NCBI GenBank assembly: GCA_964356795.1
Contig: CAYHIK010000005.1
Coordinates: 10,767-74,766 of the forward strand
Direction of reading: 5' to 3'
Length of the DNA: 64,000 bases
Origin: an uncultured Candidatus Saccharibacteria bacterium
Lineage (GTDB): Bacteria; Patescibacteriota; Minisyncoccia; 2-02-FULL-40-12; GWA2-44-9
Positions 29,534 through 38,009 of this stretch are shown here, one piece after another; the first letter of the stretch is position 1; each line of letters starts with the position of its first letter. The notes beneath the pieces are model-generated. The model saw only the letters and a program-made list of their open reading frames with translations. It did not search any database and was not told the origin of the DNA. The translations under genes and the position numbers were made by a program.

Positions 29534-30265
29534 ATGAGCGATTCACTGCAACACATACAGGAACGATTGCGCGCGCTCGCTCACCCCGAAAAAGCAAAGA
29601 TACTGAGCGGGTTTTTCAAGACTGGCCCGGGGGAGTACGGGGAGGGGGATCGATTTCTTGGCATTACCGTTCCTCAGATTCGGGACCTTGTGAAAAGGTA
29701 TGCCGATATACCGCTCGAATATCTGGCGGTTTTCGTGACGTCGGAATTTCACGAGGAGCGACTGTTTGCGCTTCTCGTTGCCGTGCATCAGTATGAAAAA
29801 GGATCTATTCGCGTACGGAATGCTACCTATCGATGGTACATTAAGCATCTCGCAACGATTAATAATTGGGACCTTATTGATTTGAGTGCTGATAAAATTA
29901 TTGGCAGGCATCTTATGGAGACGCGTGCCAGCGGTGGCGTTCTTGAGCAATTCGCGAAATCAAAAAATCTCTGGCGCCGACGCGTCGCAATCATGGCGAC
30001 GTTTGCATTCATCAAAAAGGGAAGACACGTCCCTACATTTAATATTGCGCGTATGCTGTTGAAGGATTCTGAGGATCTTATTCATAAAGCGGTTGGATGG
30101 ATGCTTCGCGAGGTGGGGAAGCGCATCGGGCAGGACGTGGAAGAAGACTTTCTTCGGGCGCACTACCAGGCAATGCCGCGAACGATGCTGCGCTATGCGA
30201 TTGAGCGGTTTCCTCGGCGTCTGTATCGCGCCTACCTCACGGGCCGAGTGGAGCCATTGACATGA
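29534..30265 (+). CDS. DNA alkylation repair enzyme (AlkC/AlkD-like HEAT-repeat glycosylase family).
   Basis: Overall similarity to the PF08713 family (LFALLVAVHQ..., NWDLIDLSA..., WRRRVAIMATFAF). Confidence 0.65.
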   Translation: MSDSLQHIQERLRALAHPEKAKILSGFFKTGPGEYGEGDRFLGITVPQIRDLVKRYADIPLEYLAVFVTSEFHEERLFALLVAVHQYEKGSIRVRNATYRWYIKHLATINNWDLIDLSADKIIGRHLMETRASGGVLEQFAKSKNLWRRRVAIMATFAFIKKGRHVPTFNIARMLLKDSEDLIHKAVGWMLREVGKRIGQDVEEDFLRAHYQAMPRTMLRYAIERFPRRLYRAYLTGRVEPLT

Positions 30266-30331
30266 AATGTGGGCGACGTATGATTTTTCAAGCGTGGCAC
30301 ACGTGGTGCTCGCTACTCGCTGGGGGATGAG

Positions 30332-30808
30332 ATGTTCGAAGTTATTTCGGAGAAGCCACCTTCGTTCGTGGCAAGGCACAAGGTCTTGGTGTTTGTGATG
30401 CTTGGCGTCATCGCGGCTATTGCGTACGTTGGCAATCAGTATCGGGTGGCGACGCTGCGGGCCGAGGAGTCTGCTCGCATTGAGCGGCAATGGCTTGTTG
30501 TTACCGAGCAGCGCGTTAGGGGTCTCTCCGGAGAGGTGCGTGGCCTTGCGGTAGAGGTTGATCGGATTGCGAAGGCAAACAGCGAGCCTCTCCGTCCTGG
30601 CGGGCGTGAGGTTCCGCGAGAGAAGTGGACCCAGCTCGGTGAGCTTGGGTACGTCGATGCGGTCTCAGCCCGAGATGCCGCGGCAAAAAAGCTCGACGCA
30701 CTTGTTGACGAGTACAGCGTTCGCCGTGCTGACTATCGTGGGGCATGGCCCGTTGGAGTGAATCCTCCCCCTGAGAAGTTGGGTGGCAGCGGAGTCGACT
30801 ACAAGTAG
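30332..30808 (+). CDS. Hypothetical protein with an N-terminal TM anchor.
   Basis: Hydrophobic N-terminus VLVFVMLGVIAAIAYV; followed by a terminator. Confidence 0.45.
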   Translation: MFEVISEKPPSFVARHKVLVFVMLGVIAAIAYVGNQYRVATLRAEESARIERQWLVVTEQRVRGLSGEVRGLAVEVDRIAKANSEPLRPGGREVPREKWTQLGELGYVDAVSARDAAAKKLDALVDEYSVRRADYRGAWPVGVNPPPEKLGGSGVDYK

Positions 30809-30815
30809 ACGCAAA

Positions 30816-30843
30816 ACGGAGAGCACCGCTCTCCGTTTTTCTT
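30816..30843 (+). terminator. Rho-independent terminator.
   Basis: ACGGAGAGC-acc-GCTCTCCGT followed by TTTTTCTTTT. Confidence 0.6.
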
Positions 30844-30871
30844 TTCCCTTATTCAGCGATACACTTAAGCG

Positions 30872-31615
30872 ATGGATCCATCGCTTATATACATTCTCAT
30901 TGCAACAGGAGTTATTGCCCTCGGGCATGCCGCAGGTCTTGTGACGCTCGCGATCAACGAACAACGGCTTCGGAGTTCGCTGTTGTACATGGTTGCGCTC
31001 TCTGCGGGCGCCCTCATGACGACGTCGCTCACGCATCTCTTGCCGGAGGCCGTGGCATTATCAGGCGATGCTATGACGCCATACTATATCGTCCTGGCCT
31101 CATTTGCAGGATTTTTCTTACTGGAGAAGATTATTCATTGGCATCACTGCCACGGCGGATTTTGTGAGACGAATACGCTTGGAGTTATGAATCTTATCGG
31201 GGATGTTATTCATAATATTATTGACGGGTTGATTGTCGCTGCGGCATTTCTTGCTGATGTGAAGCTCGGAGTACTTACCGCAACCGCGGTTGCGATGCAC
31301 GAGATACCTCAGGAGATAGGGGATTTCGGAGTACTTCTGTATTCGGGGTTTGGGAAGTGGCGCGCGCTTGCATCGATGATGTTTGTTTCGCTGGGGGCAA
31401 TTGGCGGTGGCGTGCTTGGCTGGTTTCTTTCATTTCGAGTTGAGCACCTTGTCGCATACCTTCTTCCTGTCGCGGCGGGGGGATTTATATACATAGCAGC
31501 ATCTGACCTTATGCCCGAAATTCGCCATGAGCGATCATTCCTGCGATCTGTTGCCGCGTTTCTTGTATTCTTACTTGGCAGCGGGGTCATCCTTGGCATC
31601 ACGAGCTTTATCTAG
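30872..31615 (+). CDS. ZIP family metal (zinc) transporter.
   Basis: Conserved HEIPQEIGDFGVLL motif and 8-TM topology of ZupT-like permeases. Confidence 0.8.
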   Translation: MDPSLIYILIATGVIALGHAAGLVTLAINEQRLRSSLLYMVALSAGALMTTSLTHLLPEAVALSGDAMTPYYIVLASFAGFFLLEKIIHWHHCHGGFCETNTLGVMNLIGDVIHNIIDGLIVAAAFLADVKLGVLTATAVAMHEIPQEIGDFGVLLYSGFGKWRALASMMFVSLGAIGGGVLGWFLSFRVEHLVAYLLPVAAGGFIYIAASDLMPEIRHERSFLRSVAAFLVFLLGSGVILGITSFI

Positions 31616-31618
31616 GGC

Positions 31619-32122
31619 ATGTCGCTTCGATCAATCCTACGTTCATTTCTGAAGCGCCGTCGACGTACTCGGCAGGTTGGTCGACGAGCATATGAGCGTT
31701 TTCGTGAGGATGCGCGAATAGTCATCGGCGCTCGCGTTGCATATTGGCGATCAGTCCAACCGTTTACTATTGGGCGCATTAGTATAAAAAATCACCAAAG
31801 ACTGTGGGGGAGTTGCTCGAGTCGTGGCAATCTTAACTTTAACTGGCGACTTCTTTGTCTTCCACAACATCTTGCCGATTATGTTGTTGTGCATGAGTTG
31901 TGCCATATTCGCGAAATGAATCATTCGCGGCAATTCTGGGCGCATGTAGAATCTCTCTTGCCTGAGTGGCGCACACATCGCGCCGAACTGCGTCGATATG
32001 CTCCCACGTTTTTCAATGCTCACTATTCGGCGTATACTACACAGCAACGGAAGGAATTTCTTCCAGACGTGGTTCCTCAGTCCGTATTAACGCTTCTAAC
32101 CTCAACTACGCATGAAACGTAA
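31619..32122 (+). CDS. YgjP-like metal-dependent hydrolase (DUF45 / M48-like, HExxH).
   Basis: YVVVHELCHIREMNHSRQFW motif characteristic of the YgjP/DUF45 family. Confidence 0.65.
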   Translation: MSLRSILRSFLKRRRRTRQVGRRAYERFREDARIVIGARVAYWRSVQPFTIGRISIKNHQRLWGSCSSRGNLNFNWRLLCLPQHLADYVVVHELCHIREMNHSRQFWAHVESLLPEWRTHRAELRRYAPTFFNAHYSAYTTQQRKEFLPDVVPQSVLTLLTSTTHET

Positions 32123-32705
32123 TCCATATTCATTGATGTTCCGTGTTGGCGTGATGTGTGCCAGCCTGTTTGTACTATCTCTCCTTATCGTGCTCCCCGT
32201 AAGCGCACGTGAGGTCGAAGAGCGAGCTGAAGCATCGGAAACTCCTGATCAATATAACGAACGGAGTGGCGATGACCTGTGGAGTGATCTCGAGAAGGAG
32301 GATCCAGAGATGAGCCGTGACGATTTGGATGAAGAAGATCTTGAGGAGGAGTCTGAGATTGAGGTTCCTGAAAATATCGAGGACGAGGCAAGCGATCTGA
32401 GCGATGATGACCATCAGATTCGGGGAATTGATATTGCCTCGGGAAGCGCAGACATCCGCGTTCGATATCAACAGCGCGCGCGATTATTTGGCTTTATTCC
32501 GGTGCCGTATTCTTTCGTTGCACGCGTGAACTTAGCGGATGATACCGTAGAGGTGTCGCGACCCTGGTGGCTATTTCTCGCATCTGATGGCGTCGACGAT
32601 ATCGAGGCAGGCCTGCAAGCTCAAAAGGATACACTCACCTCGTCTGATACGGCCTCGGTTGTGTTGAAAAAATTGAGTGCGCTTCTCAAGGCACTCTCGC
32701 AATAA
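32112..32705 (+). CDS. Hypothetical secreted, highly acidic protein.
   Basis: Signal-peptide-like N-terminus (CASLFVLSLLIVLPVSA) followed by a long Asp/Glu-rich tract. Confidence 0.45.
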   Translation: MKRNPYSLMFRVGVMCASLFVLSLLIVLPVSAREVEERAEASETPDQYNERSGDDLWSDLEKEDPEMSRDDLDEEDLEEESEIEVPENIEDEASDLSDDDHQIRGIDIASGSADIRVRYQQRARLFGFIPVPYSFVARVNLADDTVEVSRPWWLFLASDGVDDIEAGLQAQKDTLTSSDTASVVLKKLSALLKALSQ

Positions 32706-32762
32706 CCACTCAGCTGTTGACCTCATAGTTGTGTTCGGTATGCTCTCACTGGGAGTTGTGGT

Positions 32763-32945
32763 ATGGCCGATATCGACCGCGCTGTGCGCGCAGTTCGTAC
32801 ATTGCAGGATCTTAACTCTGCGTTTCCGGAAACCCAAGCCTTCCTTCGGGCGCGTGGACTGAGTAATGTTCGCGAGCTTGATGCGCGCGGGAAGCAAGAG
32901 CTCACCGAGTATCTTGTGAGGGTTCTTCGAAGAATGGCAAACTAG
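32763..32945 (+). CDS. Small hypothetical protein (60 aa).
   Basis: GGGAG about 10 nt upstream of the ATG and a bidirectional terminator immediately downstream; no homology recognisable. Confidence 0.3.
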   Translation: MADIDRAVRAVRTLQDLNSAFPETQAFLRARGLSNVRELDARGKQELTEYLVRVLRRMAN

Positions 32946-32954
32946 TCTTCGTCG

Positions 32955-32985
32955 AAAAAGCTGGCCCCGTGGCCAGTTTTTCTTT
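32955..32985. terminator. Bidirectional rho-independent terminator between convergent genes.
   Basis: GCTGGCC-ccgt-GGCCAG stem flanked by an A-tract upstream and a T-tract downstream. Confidence 0.5.
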
Positions 32986-33000
32986 GCCTACTGCCCATGC

Positions 33001-33606
33001 CTACTGGGCGGGAGTTGGTGTTGCTTGTTTACATGCCGCATCTTCGCTCGCGAATAACGTGCGAGCAGCTTTCACTGCAGCTTGGTAGGCGTCGATAGCT
33101 AACTTTTTCGCTACCTTATAGGCGTCATTTGCGCTTTTCTGTGATGAGCGAAATGCTTCATCAGCGGATTTCTTTGTGGTGCGATATGCCTCGTGTGCCG
33201 CTGTTCGTGCTGCATCATCAATTGCTGCTTTGAGCGCTACGTCTCGGACCGTGCGTGCATTCTTGACTGCGGTGTTTCGTGTCGTGCGCGCATGTTCAAC
33301 AACGGTTGAGCGGGCGCTCTTTGCAGAGCGGTACGCCTTCTGAAGTACGTCTTTTGCGGCCTTTACCGTAGCTACGCGCTTCTCTATAGAAGACTTTGTG
33401 CACACGAGAAGCGCTTCACGGCGTATGTTCTTTTCGTCGCGATTTTCTTTCCGATCTTCTTTGCGCTCTTCACGTTCTTCTCTTTTCTCAAGCTGCGGAC
33501 GCGTGCCTCCTGAAGGGGATGGGCGAGGGCTTTCTGATGCGCCTGCGGGCAATGCGAGGGCAAGCATTACCGCTCCGAGGACTGTCGTTTTAAGGAGTGT
33601 ATTCAT
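33001..33606 (-). CDS. Secreted protein with internal ~22-aa Ala/Lys-rich repeats.
   Basis: Signal peptide, then repeated units such as EAYRTTKKSADEAFRSSQKSANDAYKVAKKLAIDAYQAAVKAAR. Confidence 0.5.
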   Translation of the reverse strand: MNTLLKTTVLGAVMLALALPAGASESPRPSPSGGTRPQLEKREEREERKEDRKENRDEKNIRREALLVCTKSSIEKRVATVKAAKDVLQKAYRSAKSARSTVVEHARTTRNTAVKNARTVRDVALKAAIDDAARTAAHEAYRTTKKSADEAFRSSQKSANDAYKVAKKLAIDAYQAAVKAARTLFASEDAACKQATPTPAQ

Positions 33607-33706
33607 TGATTATTAATAGGGGAATCGTTTGTACAAGCAGTATGACGTGCATATGTGAACATTCTTTCACATCACGTCTCTGCATTAATGATATACTACA
33701 CGCAAC

Positions 33707-34261
33707 ATGGCGAAGCGTCACTATCAAATACAGGATTCACCTATCGAGCGGTTCCTATTTAATGATACGCGGACCGCGTGGTTCTGGCTCCTGGTGCGAT
33801 TGTATGCTGGTTGGGCATGGCTTGATGCTGGCTGGGGTAAGATAGGGAGCGACGTCTGGGTTGGAGCAAATGCCGGCAAGGCCTTGGGAGGTTTTGTGCA
33901 GGGGGCTCTCACAAAGACGGGTGGGTTGCATCCAGACGTCCAATCGTGGTATGCATGGTTCCTCTCACATGCCGTTGCGCCATACGCGGAGGTGTGGAGC
34001 TATGTCGTTGCGTGGGGAGAGGTTGCTGTCGGACTTGGCCTTATACTCGGCATATTCACGGGAATCGCGGCATTCTTTGGGGGGTTCATGAATATAAATT
34101 ATTTGTTCGCTGGAACGGTGAGCACGAACCCCATTCTTGGAATATGTGCACTTGGCCTCGTGCTTGCATGGAAAGTTGCTGGTACTATAGGTGGTGATCG
34201 GTGGATTCTTCCGATGCTGGGTACTCCATGGAGGCCTGGCACAGTATTGAAAAATATATAA
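33707..34261 (+). CDS. DoxX family membrane protein (DoxD-like).
   Basis: Four TM helices with Trp-rich loops typical of DoxX/DoxD. Confidence 0.55.
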   Translation: MAKRHYQIQDSPIERFLFNDTRTAWFWLLVRLYAGWAWLDAGWGKIGSDVWVGANAGKALGGFVQGALTKTGGLHPDVQSWYAWFLSHAVAPYAEVWSYVVAWGEVAVGLGLILGIFTGIAAFFGGFMNINYLFAGTVSTNPILGICALGLVLAWKVAGTIGGDRWILPMLGTPWRPGTVLKNI

Positions 34262-34268
34262 CGTATCT

Positions 34269-34577
34269 ATGAGCGATTCTGAACTTGTTCAGCAGGCAGT
34301 AGAGGAGGTGCAAAATGGTCTTGCCGTGCTTTTTGATGTTCGCACGGAAGATGAGTGGGTTGCTGAGCACGCAGTCGGCGCGCAGCATTTCGACGTCGGG
34401 CGTCTTATGGAGGGAGAGCTCCCAAGTACTCCGAGAGATATTCGGACGTACACGTACTGCGCTTCAGGTGGGCGTGCATTTGAGGCGGCTGAGATATTAC
34501 GAAGTAATGGATGGACTACGGTCGATTCACTGGGCGGTCTTTCTGATTGGGTAGAGGCAGGAGGGGAGAAGGAGTAG
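34269..34577 (+). CDS. Single-domain rhodanese (sulfurtransferase).
   Basis: LFDVRTEDEW...YCASGGRA active-site Cys loop. Confidence 0.8.
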   Translation: MSDSELVQQAVEEVQNGLAVLFDVRTEDEWVAEHAVGAQHFDVGRLMEGELPSTPRDIRTYTYCASGGRAFEAAEILRSNGWTTVDSLGGLSDWVEAGGEKE

Positions 34578-34590
34578 AAATGCACACACT

Positions 34591-35067
34591 ATGAAAACCG
34601 TACTTACCATAATCGGGATTCTCATCCTTCTTATTATTGCCGAGCTTGCCGGCTACTCATTTGCATCAAAGCGGGGACTTCTTCCAGGCGCCTCAACGTC
34701 AACACCGAGCGCATCACCTACGCCAACAAGTAGTAATCCGCTCGACGACCTCATCATCTTGGACGCACCGCTTGAGGGCGCCAGCATAAGCTCGCCGCTC
34801 AAGATTACCGGCCGAGCTCGGGGGACGTGGTATTTCGAGGCGAGCTTTCCCGTTGTACTTACGGACTGGGATGGATTAATTATTGCGGAAACACATGCTG
34901 ATGCAAAAAGTGACTGGATGACGACCGATTGGGTCCCGTTTGAGGCGACTATTACATTTTCGAAGCCAGCATACGGTTCTCGTGGTTCGCTCATTCTAAA
35001 AAAGGATAATCCATCGGGGCTTCCCGAGCATGACGCGGCTCGTGAGATAACTATTTTCTTTAAGTAA
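34591..35067 (+). CDS. Gmad2 immunoglobulin-like domain protein (membrane-anchored).
   Basis: GRARGTWYFEASFPVVLTDWDGLIIAE motif of the Gmad2 family after an N-terminal TM and a Pro/Ser/Thr linker. Confidence 0.6.
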   Translation: MKTVLTIIGILILLIIAELAGYSFASKRGLLPGASTSTPSASPTPTSSNPLDDLIILDAPLEGASISSPLKITGRARGTWYFEASFPVVLTDWDGLIIAETHADAKSDWMTTDWVPFEATITFSKPAYGSRGSLILKKDNPSGLPEHDAAREITIFFK

Positions 35068-35084
35068 TACTTAATTAATTACCC

Positions 35085-35477
35085 ATGAGTACACTCCTCA
35101 TTATTAAGGTGTTTGCGATTATCGGGCTTCTCGACACGATGTATCTTATGTGGCACAAGTTTCGAGGAACAGATGTTGCGTGTATCGGGTTTCCAAAAGA
35201 GTGGTGCCGTCGTGTGCAGTATAGCCCACAATCTAAAACATTGGGGATTCCAAATTCGATTGCCGGATTTGTGATGTACGCGCTTATTCTTATGCTTGCG
35301 GTGACTCAGATTTCTGGCGCGCTTTGGTGGCCGCTCTTATTCCTTATTGCATTCGGCTTTGCATTCTCGCTGTACTTCATGTTTGTACAGATATTTGTAT
35401 TGCGCGCGTTGTGCACGTGGTGTGTCGTTTCATTTGTAAATTTCTCAGTGATGGCGTGGGTCGCTTTTCTCAGGTAA
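35085..35477 (+). CDS. Vitamin K epoxide reductase (VKOR) family protein.
   Basis: Loop Cys pair (C..C) after TM1 and a CTWC active-site motif at the TM4 N-terminus. Confidence 0.6.
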   Translation: MSTLLIIKVFAIIGLLDTMYLMWHKFRGTDVACIGFPKEWCRRVQYSPQSKTLGIPNSIAGFVMYALILMLAVTQISGALWWPLLFLIAFGFAFSLYFMFVQIFVLRALCTWCVVSFVNFSVMAWVAFLR

Positions 35478-35536
35478 TGCTCACGCGGTGCACGTGATGG
35501 GTGCCGACCTATCAATTTTGTGATAGGAATGACGGT

Positions 35537-36106
35537 ATGCACATCGAGGCGATTGTGATACGAAAAATGCCCGTGCGCGAGCACGACCAGTGGGTCGTGC
35601 TATACACGCGCGAGGAGGGGAAAATTGGAGCTGTTGCTCGCGGCTCGCTCCGCGCGCATAGCAAGCAGTCTCCTGCATTGGATGAGGGGAATATGATTCA
35701 GTGTGAGTTGGTGTTTGGAAAATCAGCTCCTATTATCACGAGCGCGCATACCGTACGCTCGTGGAGCACAGCGAAGCGCTCGGGGGTGCGCTGGGCTGCA
35801 ATTTTATTTTTTCTCCAGGTGTTTGATACGGTGATATATGAGAGTCAATCTGATGAGAGGCTTTGGGCGTGCCTCCTTCAGACAATCCAGGATATTGACG
35901 TGAGCGCCGATGGCGATGCTGTTCGTGTGTTCCGGATGTGCCAGCTACGCATGCTGGATGTGCTGGGATACGGATCCGAGCTCGTAGGTGTCGCTTCGGA
36001 AAAAGTGGCTCGTTCAGATATTGATGATGCATTTGAGCAGATAGCGCAGCGGCGATTATCGTCGCTCGACCTATTTTATGGCATGGCCTCGAAGCATGTT
36101 TTGTGA
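35537..36106 (+). CDS. recO: DNA repair protein RecO.
   Basis: N-terminal OB-fold region (MHIEAIVIRKMPVREHDQWVVLYTREEGKIGAVARG) and size; track ORF trimmed to this ATG. Confidence 0.7.
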   Translation: MHIEAIVIRKMPVREHDQWVVLYTREEGKIGAVARGSLRAHSKQSPALDEGNMIQCELVFGKSAPIITSAHTVRSWSTAKRSGVRWAAILFFLQVFDTVIYESQSDERLWACLLQTIQDIDVSADGDAVRVFRMCQLRMLDVLGYGSELVGVASEKVARSDIDDAFEQIAQRRLSSLDLFYGMASKHVL

Positions 36107-36120
36107 TATATTGCAGTATT

Positions 36121-37968
36121 ATGCCTGTTGATTTTGAGATTTCACCGATTATTCCGCCGACCTCCGCTTCGCAGGTCCCACAGCAATCTGCGCCTCCGAA
36201 TCCTCCAGAAAACCCGATGTTCCCACGGACGTCGGATGTCATGCCCATGAAACGATCCAATAATACCCTAAAGTGGCTTATCTTGATCGCTGCTGGCTTG
36301 TTTGTTTTTGCCGTTGGCTCTCTCTGGTGGGGAGGAAGTTCATTCTCGGATAAGGGTGTGACGCTTACGCTTGAAGCGTCGGAGCGGGCAACCTCTGGGG
36401 ATGAGATTACGTATGTCATCACGTATCGAAACGACACTCGCGTCGAGCTGACCGATTTAAGTTTCCGGATGTTTTATCCGACGGGCTCAATTGTAATTAT
36501 TGACGGAGAAGCGACCCGTTCTGAGAGCGAGGGCTTTATCGTGGACAAGCTCGGCCCTGGTGAGTCTGGCGCAAAGGAACTTAAGGTGTTTATGGTGGGG
36601 GATAAGGGCATGATTCGGACGGCCCGAGTGAATCTCATTTTCAAGGCGGGTGATCTTAGGTCGTCATTTGAGAAAGAGGCAACCGTCAACACAACGATTA
36701 CGGCATTGCCCGTGGTGCTGACACTCGTTGCTCCTCCTCAATCAGTTTCAGGCCAGACCATCGAATACATTCTTGATGTACGAAACGAATCGGGTGAGGA
36801 TATGTCTGATTTGAAAGTCATGCTTACGTATCCTGATGGATTTAGTGTTCAAAAGATGGATCCTGTGCCGGGGTCGGGAAATACAGTTTGGAATCTTGCC
36901 AAGTTGAACGCGGGCGACGCAACGCGCATTAAGGTGACGGGCGGGCTTTCGGGAAATGAGCGGGAGACAAAGACCGTCACGGCTGTGCTCCAACATAATT
37001 TAAATGGGCAATACGTCGACTACGTGAGTACCGAGGCGTTTACAATGATTTCGAGTCCGCTTCTCTCGGTGACGGTTTCCCCCGAGGATGGTAGGGACTA
37101 TGTGGCATTTCCAGGAGACACACTCCGGTACGTGCTGACATATAAGAACAATTCACGATTCACACTGCTTGGGCTGTTGCTGGGCGTGCGATTCGAGGGC
37201 GATATGTATGACACGGCAAAGCTTCGTGCTGATGACGGATTCTACGATGATGCAACGCGCACACTTGTCTATGATTCTGCGGGGATTCCAAATTTTTCAT
37301 CACTCTCCCCGGGCGCATCAGGGAAAATTTTCTTTTCGATTCCATTAAAATCGGGGCTGAGTGGCTCATCTCTCGGTGGCGCGAAGAGCTTCTTCGTGAA
37401 AGCGACGGCGCGACTGAGCACGCCAAATGTTCCGTCGGGCGTCGATGGGGCTGAGGTTTCTGCGCTGGATAGCGTCATCACAAAGATTGGCTCACAGCCA
37501 ACGCTCTCTCAATCTGTGCTCTATGATGACGGAGCGGGAACGGGCCCACTTCCTCCAAAGGTTGGCGCGGAGACGGTCTTTACCATTCGTTGGCAGCTCA
37601 CAAATCCTGGCAATGACGTTCGTGATAGTGTTGTAACCGCGACACTTCCGCCGGGCGTCACATTCAAAGACGCCGCATCCGCAACTCACGGAACACCGCC
37701 AGTCTATAATCGTACACGTAACACGATAACGTGGAGTGTTGGGCTTCTTCCATTTGGAACTGGCAACGGCACTCCTCGATACGAGGCGCGATTCCAAATT
37801 TCAATTAAGCCCGCATCAAATCAAGTCGGTTCAAGTGTGTCACTGGTGGGCGCGGCAACATTGCAGGGGACGGACTCATTCACGGGTCAGGCAATTCTTT
37901 CGAAGTTACGAGATTGGAGCACTGATAGTATTGAGGGCCATCCAGACGATGGGCGCGTTCAGCAGTAA
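36121..37968 (+). CDS. Large cell-surface protein with DUF11-type (CARDB-like) repeat domains and an N-terminal TM anchor. Could start at GTG 36103, overlapping the recO stop.
   Basis: Repeated segments of the form xxITYxLxYxNxS..xLxDL (ITYVITYRNDTRVELTDLSF; IEYILDVRNESGEDMSDLKV; LRYVLTYKNNSRFTLLGL). Confidence 0.55.
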   Translation: MPVDFEISPIIPPTSASQVPQQSAPPNPPENPMFPRTSDVMPMKRSNNTLKWLILIAAGLFVFAVGSLWWGGSSFSDKGVTLTLEASERATSGDEITYVITYRNDTRVELTDLSFRMFYPTGSIVIIDGEATRSESEGFIVDKLGPGESGAKELKVFMVGDKGMIRTARVNLIFKAGDLRSSFEKEATVNTTITALPVVLTLVAPPQSVSGQTIEYILDVRNESGEDMSDLKVMLTYPDGFSVQKMDPVPGSGNTVWNLAKLNAGDATRIKVTGGLSGNERETKTVTAVLQHNLNGQYVDYVSTEAFTMISSPLLSVTVSPEDGRDYVAFPGDTLRYVLTYKNNSRFTLLGLLLGVRFEGDMYDTAKLRADDGFYDDATRTLVYDSAGIPNFSSLSPGASGKIFFSIPLKSGLSGSSLGGAKSFFVKATARLSTPNVPSGVDGAEVSALDSVITKIGSQPTLSQSVLYDDGAGTGPLPPKVGAETVFTIRWQLTNPGNDVRDSVVTATLPPGVTFKDAASATHGTPPVYNRTRNTITWSVGLLPFGTGNGTPRYEARFQISIKPASNQVGSSVSLVGAATLQGTDSFTGQAILSKLRDWSTDSIEGHPDDGRVQQ

Positions 37969-38009
37969 TATAAAAAAGAAAAAGAGGGAGCCACGGGGCT
38001 CCCTCGGTG

